Part shown: positions 20,029 through 30,128 of the stretch, piece by piece | Numbering within the stretch: position 1 is the first letter of the stretch | How the letters are laid out: every line of letters begins with the position of its first letter | DNA from: Anaeromyxobacter sp. | GTDB lineage: Bacteria > Myxococcota > Myxococcia > Myxococcales > Anaeromyxobacteraceae | Reading direction: 5' to 3' | Assembly (NCBI GenBank): GCA_049840735.1 | Contig: JASGJN010000022.1 | Span: forward strand, 864,001 to 928,000 | DNA: 64,000 nt | Notes under the pieces: generated by a model | Database searches by the model: none | What the model saw: the letters and a program-made list of their open reading frames with translations, nothing else | What the model was told of the DNA's origin: nothing | Translations under genes and position numbers: made by a program

Positions 20029-21087
20029 ATGGGTCAAGTTCGCGTGATGGTCGTCGAAGATTCTCCGGTAATGCGCAATTTCCTCGCAGACGGCATCGGT
20101 CATGCGCCGGGTTTCGAGGTCGTGGCGACGGCACATAATGGTGCCGACGCGCTGGAGAAATTGCGCTCCGAGGCGCCGGACGTCGTGACCCTCGACGTCG
20201 AGTTGCCCGACACGGATGGAATCAGCCTGCTCGAAGAGATCATGCGCACCCGACCCATTCCGGTGGTCATGGTGTCGGCGTTGACCCAATCTGGGGCGCA
20301 AGTAACACTTCGCGCGCTCCAATGTGGAGCCGCAGATTTCGTCGGTAAGCCGAATGGCTCCAGTTCGACGGCGGGCGAGGCGTGGCTCGGTGAGCTTCTG
20401 CTCAAATTGAGACGGGCCGCCACGCTGCGACCCGTGAGCTTGGGAGTCGACCTTGGCGCAAGAGCTCCAGCGAGCAGTCCGGAGCCAATTTCGGTACGCT
20501 CGTCTCGCAAATGCCAGGAACGACTCGTCGTGATTGGAAGCGGCTCGGGCGCGACTGACTCCCTTCGGCATCTCCTGCTCGACCTTCCTCGGGATTGCCC
20601 TCCCGTCTTGGTGGCACATCAGTGCTCTCCCGTCGTCATGGAAGCATTCGTCGCCAGGCTCAGTCGTGAATCGACGGCGATTGTAAAATCCGCCACGACG
20701 GGGGAGGGATTTGCTCGTGGACACGTTTACGTCGGTCCCGGCGACGCTCACATGAGTTTGACCCGTATCAATGGGCAAATGCGCTTGCGACTCCATCGGG
20801 ACGAACCCATCCAAGGTCAGCGTCCGAGTCTCAACCTCCTGTTCGAATCGACGGCGAAGCAGCCGGCAAAAGAGGTCGTAGCAGTGCTCCTCGACGCCGC
20901 TGGCGACGATGGTCTCGCTGGACTGAAGCTCGTTGCGAGTAGCGGAAACCGTGCGCTTCGGCAGATCCGCGAGGTTGGAAGGGGCGACCGAGTCGCCCGC
21001 GTGCCCAGTGCCGCGGCTCGGTATCACAAGGAGCCCGTCGAATTGCCGTTGTCGTTGGTTTGGGACGCGGTGTTTTCTTCGGGATGA
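20029..21087 (+). CDS. cheB: degenerate CheB homologue (REC plus likely inactive methylesterase)
   Basis: REC intact (VVEDS, TLDVE, VS, FVGKP); esterase motifs altered to IGSGSG, AHQCS, LDAAGDDG. Confidence 0.8.
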   Translation: MGQVRVMVVEDSPVMRNFLADGIGHAPGFEVVATAHNGADALEKLRSEAPDVVTLDVELPDTDGISLLEEIMRTRPIPVVMVSALTQSGAQVTLRALQCGAADFVGKPNGSSSTAGEAWLGELLLKLRRAATLRPVSLGVDLGARAPASSPEPISVRSSRKCQERLVVIGSGSGATDSLRHLLLDLPRDCPPVLVAHQCSPVVMEAFVARLSRESTAIVKSATTGEGFARGHVYVGPGDAHMSLTRINGQMRLRLHRDEPIQGQRPSLNLLFESTAKQPAKEVVAVLLDAAGDDGLAGLKLVASSGNRALRQIREVGRGDRVARVPSAAARYHKEPVELPLSLVWDAVFSSG

Positions 21088-21617
21088 GTTCGACGTGAGC
21101 CTCAGTTCTGCGGCGTTGGCTCTTCTTTCACATTGCGCCAATGCGACGTGTCGCGTTCGACTTCCGGCACGTCTCCCTTGGGCTCGTTCCGTCTGCGACG
21201 CGCCGTTTTTCGCAGCGTCGTCCAGGATTGCCGCTCGCCCTGGGTCCATCGCCCGCCGGGAGACCACTTCGCTCGTGTAGCGCGCGGCACTTTCGTTCCG
21301 TTGAGGCTTCGCGTCACCGATGACTTCGACTCACCATGCTCCCGCAGGATTCGCATTTCGTGCGAGAACCGCTGATGCGATGGTCGTGTTCGAGAGGAAT
21401 GCGCTCACGTTTCCCGTTCCGTGAAGTCGAGAATGGGCGCAATCATCCACTGAGGGTGCACGTGCGAGCGAAGATTGTTCGAGTTTTGGTGTGACGACGG
21501 GGCTGGGTCCCGTCGTCACCACGACGCGCAGGCCATCAGCGGCAGATCAAAAACCTGTTGCAGTCATGAAGGTCCTCCTATACTTCGCGCCGAAGTCGCA
21601 GACCCAAACACGGGAGA

Positions 21618-23129
21618 ATGTTCATGACGCGTATCACACGGTCTCTTGGCGGAATCGTACTTACGACATCCGCGCTGATCTCGGTCATTGGTTGCTCCGG
21701 TGACGATGGTGGTGGCGATTCCAATATCGGAGGCACGCCCGGCGCGTACGGCGGTGCCATGAGCTTCGGCGGCTCGGGAACGCAAGCGACCTTCTCCCGC
21801 GGCGGGGTTGCAGCGAAAGGTGGTTCGGCAGCGAAGGGCGGTGCAACCGCTGCGACTGGCGGTGCAACCGCTGCGACTGGTGGAAGCAGCTCGGGCACGT
21901 CGAACGTCGGCGGTGCCACCTCTGGTGGTAGCTCGGCAGAGGCAGGAAGCTCTGCTCTTGGTGGAGCTTCGAGCGCTGGCGGCGCGAGCTCGGTCGGCGG
22001 CGCGAGTGCGACCGGCGGCGCGAGCTCGGTCGGTGGCGCCACGACTGCTGGCGGCACCTCGAGCGTTGGCGGCACCTCGAGCGTCGGCGGCACTTCGAGC
22101 GTTGGCGGCACTTCGAGCGTTGGCGGCACTTCGAGCGTTGGCGGCACTTCGAGCGTTGGCGGCACTTCGAGCGTCGGCGGCACTTCGAGCGTCGGTGGCA
22201 CTTCGAGCGTCGGTGGCACTTCGAGCGTCGGCGGCACCTCGAGCGTTGGCGGCACCTCGAGTGTCGGTGGCACCTCGGGCGTTGGTGGTTCGACTTCTAC
22301 GGGCGATTGCTCAACGTATTCGGGCTCGATCACGAAGTTCTGTCGTCCGACGCAGGACGCGCTCGATCTCGAGCCGATGGACGAGAACATTGCCGGTCTT
22401 CACATCACCGCAGATGGTTCGGACATCGCCGTGACGAGTTCGGTGCCCGTCGCTGTTCCCATCGACACTGGGCTGCAGCAGCCGTTCACGAACGCCGAAT
22501 GTGTTGGTCAGGGTATCAACGCGACGTCGAACGCGACGCTTCAGCCCTACACGGGAGTGTCTCTGCACGTGCAGAACAAGGGCACCGCGGCGGTCACGAT
22601 CAGCATCTACGTCGAGTCGCTCACCTCAGGTGGGCAGGTCGTGCGGCGCACTTACAATCTTCCCTCGGTGGCTGCGAACGGTGCCGAGACGCAGAGCCTC
22701 GTCTGGGGCGACGCGGCAGATAGCTGCACGCCCGGCAGTGGGGCCTTCGATCAGACGAAGCTCCTCGGGATTGGCTTCGTCGTCACCTCGGCATCTGCTG
22801 CCAACTTGAACCTAGCCCTGTCGGACATCACCTATACCGGTGCGGGCGTCGCGACGCCATGTACTGGGATTTGTAGCAATCCGGTCGTAACGACCACCAA
22901 GGGCGGCAGCGTCGGCACCGCAGAATACTGCGTGGAGTATATGTCCACCACCGCGCTCGACAGCGGAAACTGCGGCAACTTCGCGGCTGGAAGGACATTC
23001 AGCATCAACGGCGCGGCTGCGACGTGTAACTGGGTCAACTTCAAGCTGCCAGCACCGAAGAACGGCGGATACTGCTTCTCGGCACCTGCCGGCGCAAATC
23101 CGAATAACGCATCTTACGGGTTCTGGTGA
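21618..23129 (+). CDS. secreted lipoprotein: Gly-rich linker, CBM-like beta domain, C-terminal Cys-rich CBM64-like domain
   Basis: GGGAG RBS, lipobox VIGC, (GGTSSV)n linker, FDQTKLLGIGF...LALSDITY resembles CBM11/CIA30-type ends. Confidence 0.75.
   Translation: MFMTRITRSLGGIVLTTSALISVIGCSGDDGGGDSNIGGTPGAYGGAMSFGGSGTQATFSRGGVAAKGGSAAKGGATAATGGATAATGGSSSGTSNVGGATSGGSSAEAGSSALGGASSAGGASSVGGASATGGASSVGGATTAGGTSSVGGTSSVGGTSSVGGTSSVGGTSSVGGTSSVGGTSSVGGTSSVGGTSSVGGTSSVGGTSSVGGTSSVGGTSGVGGSTSTGDCSTYSGSITKFCRPTQDALDLEPMDENIAGLHITADGSDIAVTSSVPVAVPIDTGLQQPFTNAECVGQGINATSNATLQPYTGVSLHVQNKGTAAVTISIYVESLTSGGQVVRRTYNLPSVAANGAETQSLVWGDAADSCTPGSGAFDQTKLLGIGFVVTSASAANLNLALSDITYTGAGVATPCTGICSNPVVTTTKGGSVGTAEYCVEYMSTTALDSGNCGNFAAGRTFSINGAAATCNWVNFKLPAPKNGGYCFSAPAGANPNNASYGFW
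22050..22290 (+). repeat. coding 18-bp tandem repeat encoding GGTSSV linker
   Basis: GGCGGCAC(T/C)TCGAGCGT(T/C) repeated about 12-13 times in frame. Confidence 0.9.
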
Positions 23130-23151
23130 TCGAGCGCGACTCGCCCAAATG

Positions 23152-23189
23152 AAGAAGCCCCGAGGTCCGAACGACTTCGGGGCTTTTCT
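23152..23189. terminator. probable bidirectional intrinsic terminator
   Basis: AAGCCCCGAGGTC-loop-GACTTCGGGGCTT followed by T's, between convergent genes. Confidence 0.75.
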
Positions 23190-23200
23190 CATGATGGAAT

Positions 23201-23800
23201 TTACTTGTTGATCTCGACCTGAATGTCGAGGGTCACCTCATCGCCGACGACCATTCCGCCCGTCTCGAGTGCCTTGTTCCAGGTCAGGCCGAAGTCGCTT
23301 CGCTTGACCTTGCCGCCAATCTTCACGCCGCGGACCATCTTTCCCCAGGGGTTCTTGATGGCCTTACTGACGTTCGCATCGAGGGTGACCGGTTTGGTGA
23401 CGCCGTGCATCGTCAGGTTGCCCTGAAGCTTGTACCTGGTGCCGCCGGCGGGAGTTACTTTCGACGATTCGAAGGTAATCGTCGGGTACTTCGCAACGTC
23501 GAAGAAGTCCGGACTCCGGAGGTGTTCGTCGCGCTTTGGCTCGTCGGTGTCGATCGAGTTTGCCTGAATCGTGATGCTGACCTGGCTCTTGGTGAGGTTG
23601 GCTTCGTCCAAAGCGACGGTTCCGCTGATCACCTTGAAGCGACCCGACACGGAGCTCACCACGAGGTGGGGGACCGAGAAGCCCACGCGCGAGTGGGTGC
23701 CGTCGAGGGTCCAGGCGGTCGTGTCTGCGACAGCGCTGAGGGAAACGGCGAGGGCGGCGGAGGTGGCGAGGGCGGAAACCAGAAGCTTGAGACTTTTCAT
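23201..23800 (-). CDS. yceI: YceI family lipid/polyisoprenoid-binding periplasmic protein
   Basis: Signal peptide, WTLDGTHSRVGF, RDEHLRSPDFFDV, GNLTMHGVTKPV, RSDFG. Confidence 0.92.
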   Translation of the reverse strand: MKSLKLLVSALATSAALAVSLSAVADTTAWTLDGTHSRVGFSVPHLVVSSVSGRFKVISGTVALDEANLTKSQVSITIQANSIDTDEPKRDEHLRSPDFFDVAKYPTITFESSKVTPAGGTRYKLQGNLTMHGVTKPVTLDANVSKAIKNPWGKMVRGVKIGGKVKRSDFGLTWNKALETGGMVVGDEVTLDIQVEINK

Positions 23801-23876
23801 GATGACCTCTTGAATCGTGTTGTCTCAAACCTAGGGCCCAGATCGGCCGTGGATAGCCCGCCCCTCTGGCACAGAC

Positions 23877-23894
23877 TGTTCCAGCGGTGGAACA
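23877..23894. promoter_or_regulatory. candidate operator palindrome upstream of yceI
   Basis: TGTTCC-N6-GGAACA about 80 bp upstream of the yceI start. Confidence 0.3.
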
Positions 23895-24079
23895 ATCCGG
23901 TCATGCCCAGGACTAATTCCTGAGGATTTTTGGTCGGTCAGGCGTGGTGACGTCGTGGCACGAGCCCGGCGAGCCTCCGAAGCGTGTTCGGCGGGGTTCG
24001 ACGAGAACGGGGCTGACTAAATGGTCGAAGAGCGCGATCGGCGGTCGACCGAAGCGCCAACGGATCGCCGTTCTCGACG

Positions 24080-24472
24080 TCAGTTCACCGAATCCAATCC
24101 GTCGGGGAGTGGGCAAAGTTGTCGTTCGTCATCGATGGTGACAACGATGGATTCGGCGACGAATAGCGGCTTCGATTCCGATGGTCGAAATACGTTTTGC
24201 GTAAAGGTCAGACGGTAATCCGAGCCTCGGACGAACTCCGTGCGAACCTCGAGGTCGTCGTGGAGGCAAGCGGGGCGGTTGAACTTGAGTCGCATTTCGA
24301 ACACGACGAAGTACACACCCTTGGCTTGCATGTCGGCCAAGCTGAAGCCCAATTTCCCAAGGAGCTCGGTCCGTGCACGCTCACAGTACTTCAGGTAATT
24401 GGCGTGATACACGATGCCTTGAGCGTCCGTGTCCTCGAGATAGACCTTGGCTGGGAAACGATGAACCGTCAT
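24080..24472 (-). CDS. ybgC: YbgC/FadM family acyl-CoA thioesterase
   Basis: VYLEDTDAQGIVYHANYLKYCERARTE hot-dog motif. Confidence 0.88.
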   Translation of the reverse strand: MTVHRFPAKVYLEDTDAQGIVYHANYLKYCERARTELLGKLGFSLADMQAKGVYFVVFEMRLKFNRPACLHDDLEVRTEFVRGSDYRLTFTQNVFRPSESKPLFVAESIVVTIDDERQLCPLPDGLDSVN

Positions 24473-24552
24473 GGGGCGCCGAAGGCTAGCGCTCCTTTCG
24501 CCGGTTGCCATGAGAACCCCCGAGCGACGCTCGTTCCTTCACGGGTGCGTGT

Positions 24553-25239
24553 CTAGAGCGGGTTTTTCTTGGGTTCACCCGCACGGCGTGGATACTTTTT
24601 CGGCGTGGCGTGGGTTTTGCGGAGCACGAGAACCGTGGCCGTCGGGTGGCGTTCGGAGTGCTCGAGGGTGACTCCGAGGAGACGTTGGGCGTCGGCCGAT
24701 TCAGCGAGTTCGGTCTCGGCGCGCTCACCTTTGACGGCAACGAGTCTGCCGCCCACCTTCAAAAAGGGGACCGTGAGTTCGAGCAGAACGCGCAAGGGTG
24801 CCACGGCGCGTGCCGTTACCAATTCGAAGCTCTCGCGCCGTTTCGCTCCAGCTGCGGCGGCCAGCTCGGCGCGTTCGGCGAGCACTCGAACATTGGTGAG
24901 CCCGAGGGACTTCGCCGTTTGATCGAGAAAACGGGCCTTCTTCTCGGTAGCTTCGAGCAGGGTCACGTCGAGCTGCGGACAAGCAATTGCAATGACGAGC
25001 CCGGGGATTCCTCCGCCCGAACCGACGTCGATGAGGTTTGGAGCGTCTCCGAACAATTTGACGATGCGAAGACTCTCGACGATATGGCGCTGCCACGCCT
25101 CGTCGCGGTTCGAGATCGCGGTGAGATTCATCTCCTCGTTCACGGACAACAATCGATCCAAATAGGTCGTGAGGCGTTGTCGCTGTTCGATGGAGAGCTC
25201 GTCGAGGAGCGCGTCTTCTGTCATCTCAGGGCCGGACAC
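24553..25239 (-). CDS. rsmG: 16S rRNA m7G527 methyltransferase
   Basis: NEEMNLTAI, HIVESL, DVGSGGGIPG, RAE, TARAVA, KG, YPR. Confidence 0.93.
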   Translation of the reverse strand: MSGPEMTEDALLDELSIEQRQRLTTYLDRLLSVNEEMNLTAISNRDEAWQRHIVESLRIVKLFGDAPNLIDVGSGGGIPGLVIAIACPQLDVTLLEATEKKARFLDQTAKSLGLTNVRVLAERAELAAAAGAKRRESFELVTARAVAPLRVLLELTVPFLKVGGRLVAVKGERAETELAESADAQRLLGVTLEHSERHPTATVLVLRKTHATPKKYPRRAGEPKKNPL

Positions 25240-25693
25240 GCCGGCTTATCAAGCAGTCGGCCTTCGCCTGCGCAAGGTCCAACGGACGCAGCGGCTCCCC
25301 GGAAAGCCCGTGTGGTTACGTTTCCTTTGGGATTTTCGCGATTCGTCTACGCGGCCGTCCGAACGCGGTCACCGGTCGACAACGGGAAGGCGAGTGCTTT
25401 CTCGGCGCGTGCCGCAGACGAACTCGCTGCACGAGAACTCGCGTGGCCTTGGCCGCGCACGTCAATTCTAGTTTTCATCAAGTTCTTCGTTCTGGGTTCA
25501 TCGTCCGATCATTTTTGCCCTCGACGTGACCGATTCGCATCTCGTGAGGCGACAGGTACGCGTGTCGGACGTACCGGCACGATGAAGCCCCAAAGGAGCC
25601 ATGAAGTCGGTCACTCACGGCCTTTCGACGAGAGTCCACGAGCGTCGTGAATCATTCCGTCTATCGCGGATCCTGGGTGCGAGGAGGAACCAA

Positions 25694-28114
25694 ATGCAGC
25701 GATCTCTCAATTACGTCGGCCTCGTGACCCTCGTGCTCGCCACGATGGGAGCGTGTGCTGTCGATCCCGAGCCGTCTCAGCACGACCAAGCCGAGCAATC
25801 CCTGACGACCAATGGATTCTCCGCCACCTTGTCGCTGACGTCGGATTGGGGCGGTGGCTATTGTGCCGACGTCAAAGTCGCAAACGTCGGAACCACGAAA
25901 ATTACGGCGTGGACAGTCGAAATCGAGCTCGGTGGGGCGACGTTCTCGAGCATGTGGGGAGGCACTGCGACCGTTTCGGGCTCGAAACTGACGGCGATTC
26001 CGGCGAGCTACAATGCGACCCTCGAACCTGGCGCGAGCGGCAGCTTCGGATTTTGCGCCAACGGAACTGCCAGGCCTAGCGTGACGAAGGTGACGCCCAC
26101 GGGCGGCACGTCGGGCACTGGTGGCACGACGTCCACCGGTGGAAGCTCATCCGTCGGCGGCTCGACGAGTGGGACCACGACGGCCAAGGGCGGGAGCGTC
26201 GGTACCGGTGGCACGACGGCCAAGGGTGGCAGCGTCAGCACGGGAGGGACCCCTGGAAGCGGTGGAACCACGAGTGCTGGAGGCTCCGGCGGGACGCCGC
26301 AGGTGAGCGGTCATTACCAGATGGAGAACGTCGACCGTGGCGTTGTCGCGGTCAAGCTCTCGTCCGGGGTCTACGTCGGGTGGCGCATGTTCGGATACGA
26401 ATACGACGCGGCCAATCCGGCGAACGTCGCTTACAACGTCTATCGCGACGGCGCCAAGATTGCCCAGGTCACCAACAGCACCAACTACACGGATGCTGCT
26501 GGCTCGAGTTCGTCGGTCTATACGGTGCGCGCCGTCATTGCTGGCGTCGAGCAAGCCGCTTCCCCGAGCGCCAACGTGTGGGCACAGAATTACTTGCGGG
26601 TCCCCCTCCAGGTGCCCGCTGGGGCAACGACGGATCGCACGGCTTCCGGGCAAACGGACGCCGCCTATACGTACACGGCAAGTGACGCGAGCCCCGGAGA
26701 CTTGAACGGAGACGGCAAGTACGATCTCGTGCTCAAGTGGGATCCGACCAATTCGAAGGACAATTCCCAATCGGGCTTCACTGGGAACGTCTACTTGGAC
26801 GGCTATACCCTGAGCGGCACGCGACTGTTCCGCATCGATCTGGGCAAGAACATCCGCGCCGGCGCTCACTACACCCAATTCGTCGTGTACGACTTCGATG
26901 GCGACGGCAAATCCGAGATTGCCGTCAAGACCGCACCCGGAACGAAGGACGGAACCGGGAAGTATCTGAGTCGCGGACCCGCAGCGAGCGACGATGATTC
27001 CGCAGACTATCGAAACGCGAGCGGATACGTCCTGTCCGGCCCCGAATACCTCACGGTATTCAGCGGTCAGAATGGCGCCGAACTGGCGACTGGAAATTTC
27101 GAGGTTGGTCGCGGCACCGTCTCGAGTTGGGGCGACAGTTACGGCAATCGCGTCGATCGCTTCCTTGCGTCGGCGGCATTCGTCAGCGACGCGGGGGGGC
27201 AGACTGCCAGTGGCAAGCCAGCCATTCTCATGGCCCGCGGCTATTACACCCGCGCGACGATCAGCGCGTATACCTATCGCAACGGAACCCTGAGCAAGAT
27301 CTGGACGGCAGACAGCAACGGAAGCACGGCGTACGCAGGACAGGGTGCCCACAGCATGGTCGTGGCCGACGTCGACAACGACGGTGCGCAAGAGATCATC
27401 TACGGCGCATCGACCGTCGACAGCAACGGTACGCGCAAGTGCTCGACGGGCTTCGGCCATGGCGACGCACTTCACGTGAGTGACTTCGTGCCTTCGCGCG
27501 CGGGGCTCGAGGTCTTCATGCCGCACGAAGACGGGACGCAGCCGACCTGGGATTTCCATGACGCCAACACCTGCACGGTGCTTCAGAAGGGAGCCGTCAC
27601 GGGTGCAGATACGGGCCGTGGGGTCGCTGCGGATATCAGCGCTGCCAATGCCGGCGCGGAGATGTGGACGAACGCCGAGGGACTGCTCTCGGCGGGTTCC
27701 GGTAGCAATGTGGGTAGTAAGCCCGGTTCGGCCAACTTCCTCGTCTTCTGGGACGCTGACGAGCTGCGCGAGCTCGAAAACGGCACGAGCGTCACGAAGT
27801 ACGGCGGGGGTACCCTCGTCAGCTGCAGCGAATGCGCGTCCAACAACGGCACCAAGTCGACTCCGACGCTGACCGCCGATCTCCTCGGCGATTGGCGTGA
27901 AGAGGTCGTTTGGCGCGAGTCGAACAACGCTGCGCTACGCATCTACACGACTACCGCGGCGACGACACGACGCATCTACACCCTGATGCACGATCCCCAA
28001 TACCGTATGCAGGTGAGTTCCGAGCAAACGGCGTACAACCAGCCTCCGCACACCGGATTCTTCATCGGTGGCGGCATGTCCAATCCGCCCAAGCCCGACA
28101 TTTACGTCAAGTAA
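25694..28114 (+). CDS. CBM2 plus rhamnogalacturonan lyase (PL11) lipoprotein
   Basis: GAGGAGG RBS, lipobox MGAC, CBM2 (SDWGGGYCADV...W...FGFCA), QMENVDRGVVA, NIRAGAHY, HGDALH, DWREE, YNQPPH. Confidence 0.92.
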   Translation: MQRSLNYVGLVTLVLATMGACAVDPEPSQHDQAEQSLTTNGFSATLSLTSDWGGGYCADVKVANVGTTKITAWTVEIELGGATFSSMWGGTATVSGSKLTAIPASYNATLEPGASGSFGFCANGTARPSVTKVTPTGGTSGTGGTTSTGGSSSVGGSTSGTTTAKGGSVGTGGTTAKGGSVSTGGTPGSGGTTSAGGSGGTPQVSGHYQMENVDRGVVAVKLSSGVYVGWRMFGYEYDAANPANVAYNVYRDGAKIAQVTNSTNYTDAAGSSSSVYTVRAVIAGVEQAASPSANVWAQNYLRVPLQVPAGATTDRTASGQTDAAYTYTASDASPGDLNGDGKYDLVLKWDPTNSKDNSQSGFTGNVYLDGYTLSGTRLFRIDLGKNIRAGAHYTQFVVYDFDGDGKSEIAVKTAPGTKDGTGKYLSRGPAASDDDSADYRNASGYVLSGPEYLTVFSGQNGAELATGNFEVGRGTVSSWGDSYGNRVDRFLASAAFVSDAGGQTASGKPAILMARGYYTRATISAYTYRNGTLSKIWTADSNGSTAYAGQGAHSMVVADVDNDGAQEIIYGASTVDSNGTRKCSTGFGHGDALHVSDFVPSRAGLEVFMPHEDGTQPTWDFHDANTCTVLQKGAVTGADTGRGVAADISAANAGAEMWTNAEGLLSAGSGSNVGSKPGSANFLVFWDADELRELENGTSVTKYGGGTLVSCSECASNNGTKSTPTLTADLLGDWREEVVWRESNNAALRIYTTTAATTRRIYTLMHDPQYRMQVSSEQTAYNQPPHTGFFIGGGMSNPPKPDIYVK

Positions 28115-28156
28115 GACCCTGCGGCGTCACTCTGGAGACGGCGCCTCGATCCGGAG

Positions 28157-28237
28157 GCGCCGTCGGGGAGCGGGCAGCGCTCGATGACGACGTGAGAACG
28201 CGCCGTCGGGGAGCGGGCAGCGCTCGATGACGACGTG
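28157..28237. repeat. two-copy direct repeat (43-bp period) downstream of PL11 gene
   Basis: GCGCCGTCGGGGAGCGGGCAGCGCTCGATGACGACGTG at 28157 and 28200, preceded by a GGCGCCTC/GAGGCGCC hairpin. Confidence 0.85.
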
Positions 28238-28543
28238 GGCAAGCATCGCTTCCGAAGCAGTGCGGCAACTTCGTCATCGATTCTGTGATGGGTAGCGGAG
28301 TCTGAGCAATCCCCGCGGTGTGCGTTGAAGCACATCGTGGGGATTGCGTCGTTTCGTCCGGCGTAATTCCGTGGTTTGCACCCGGACGGAACACTCCGAG
28401 TCGGTGCGTGTTGAAAGAGAACCCAGTATCGCGTGGTCTCGATCCGTGGAGCCCCACGTTTCCTTGACGATTCGCGACGTCTTCAATACGTTCGCACGCT
28501 TCTTCAGGGCGATGGGGCGACCCATCCAGGATGGTGGCAAGGA

Positions 28544-29161
28544 ATGAACACGAGAACGGTCTCGATTTTCTCACTGTTTACGACGGCGTTGGCACTTGCG
28601 GGATGCAATTCGGGCAGTCACGAGGGTGCTCTCGGCAATGATGGGGATCAAGTTACTGGGATTGAGCTCGCCCTGACGTCGACGGGCCTTTCCGGTACGG
28701 AGTATCGCCTCGCGCCGGCGTCTTTCGCGATCCAGCGGGTCGGCAGTTCCGAACCAGCGCAGGTGATCGACGCCAGTGCCGACGAGCGGACCGCGCTCGT
28801 GCCGGTCAGTCCGGGAACCTATTCGGTGTCGCTTCGGTCCGGGTGGCAGCTCAACCGAGTTGCCTCAGGGAACGTCATCGAGCCCATTCCCGCGACATTG
28901 ATCGGCCCAAGCCAGATGGAGGTCTCGGTGAACACCTTCGAGACCACTCCCGTCACGTTTCAGTTTCACACGGGAGAGTCTCAAATGGCCATTGGCGTCC
29001 AGGTGGATGAGGACCCGTCGTCCGGCAGCGATGGATACATCGGCAGCACCGGTTTGGGTCTCTATCGAATCACGTTTTTCAACGGGACCTCTGCTTGCTG
29101 CTTTCCAAGCGTAGCCGAAGCGCGTGCGGCATATCCCGGACTCGAACTCGACGCGTTCTGA
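28544..29161 (+). CDS. hypothetical lipoprotein
   Basis: Lipobox LAGC; beta-rich domain (IELALTSTGLSGTEYRL...PGTYSVSL...W). Confidence 0.7.
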   Translation: MNTRTVSIFSLFTTALALAGCNSGSHEGALGNDGDQVTGIELALTSTGLSGTEYRLAPASFAIQRVGSSEPAQVIDASADERTALVPVSPGTYSVSLRSGWQLNRVASGNVIEPIPATLIGPSQMEVSVNTFETTPVTFQFHTGESQMAIGVQVDEDPSSGSDGYIGSTGLGLYRITFFNGTSACCFPSVAEARAAYPGLELDAF

Positions 29162-29351
29162 CGGTTTCTTGAATCCGTGCGGTCACGCAGGGCACTCGGC
29201 GGTGTCCTGAGTGCGGCCTGATGGGTCACTGTTCGCGGGAAGTCGCTTCTGAGGGCTTTTGGGGGGAACGACCTCGTGAGCTCGGCGCGGTCCTGCGTTT
29301 GGCGTGCCGATTTCGCGTGACGGACTCCGCGGCAGCCGGGAATATCTGTCC

Positions 29352-29885
29352 ATGGCCTGGTCATCTCGATGCGCAATCGCCTGCGGCCTCATCGCTGGCC
29401 TGCTCTTCGCCTGCAGTTCCACCGAAGACGCGAGTCCCGCCAATGTCGGAGGTGGCGGTCAGAGCTCCGCGGCGGGTGCAACGGCGTCCTTGGGCGGCGC
29501 GTCGACTAACGGTGGAGCGTCGGGTCGTGCCAAGGGCGGCGCCGTTGGCGTGGGCGGAACCCTCGTCAACGGCGGCGGAGCCTCTGGTCTGGGCGGCGGC
29601 GCCGCGGGAAAGGGCGGCGCTTCGGCAGGGAGCGGTGGCACATCGCCCGGCGCCGGGGGAACGACTGCCACAGGGAAGTCCTGTAATCCGGCGGGAGTCA
29701 TCTGCAAGATGGTTGCTCCCAGTTGTCCATCGATGCAAGCCGCCGAGATTGACGCCGCGGGCACCTGCTACACGGGGCAGTGCGTCGCCATTGGTGAGTG
29801 CAGTTGCACCGTCCAGACAGATTGCCCGAACACCGACCTCTACACTTGCCGCAACGACGTCAAGCGCTGCACACCATTCCTCTGA
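29352..29885 (+). CDS. small Cys-rich lipoprotein with Gly linker
   Basis: Lipobox LFAC, Gly-rich spacer, C-terminal domain with 10 Cys. Confidence 0.65.
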   Translation: MAWSSRCAIACGLIAGLLFACSSTEDASPANVGGGGQSSAAGATASLGGASTNGGASGRAKGGAVGVGGTLVNGGGASGLGGGAAGKGGASAGSGGTSPGAGGTTATGKSCNPAGVICKMVAPSCPSMQAAEIDAAGTCYTGQCVAIGECSCTVQTDCPNTDLYTCRNDVKRCTPFL

Positions 29886-29886
29886 C

Positions 29887-30004
29887 CGCGGCGCATCTTC
29901 GCCGAACGCGCGGCGCATCTTCGCCGAACGCGCGGCGCATCTTCGCCGAACGCGCGGCGCATCTTCGCCGAACGCGCGGCGCATCTTCGCCGAACGCGCG
30001 GCGC
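29887..30004. repeat. perfect 22-bp tandem repeat (CGCGGCGCATCTTCGCCGAACG) x5 plus partial copy
   Basis: Starts immediately after the stop at 29885, between convergent genes. Confidence 0.96.
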
Positions 30005-30128
30005 GAGCCAGCGATGCATCTGGCTCGCGTCAGGTCGTTTTCTCGTATCTCGGTCACGTCGCCATACGTCACGGACGCGGAATCGCCCGAATCACACCGT
30101 TACGTGGCCCTTCGCGAGGTGCGCAGAA

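Noticed and set aside
19999..27559. Long antisense ORFs (19999-21267, 21578-22390, 24610-25650, 26147-27559)
   Set aside because: Shadow frames of GC-rich genes with no recognisable motifs
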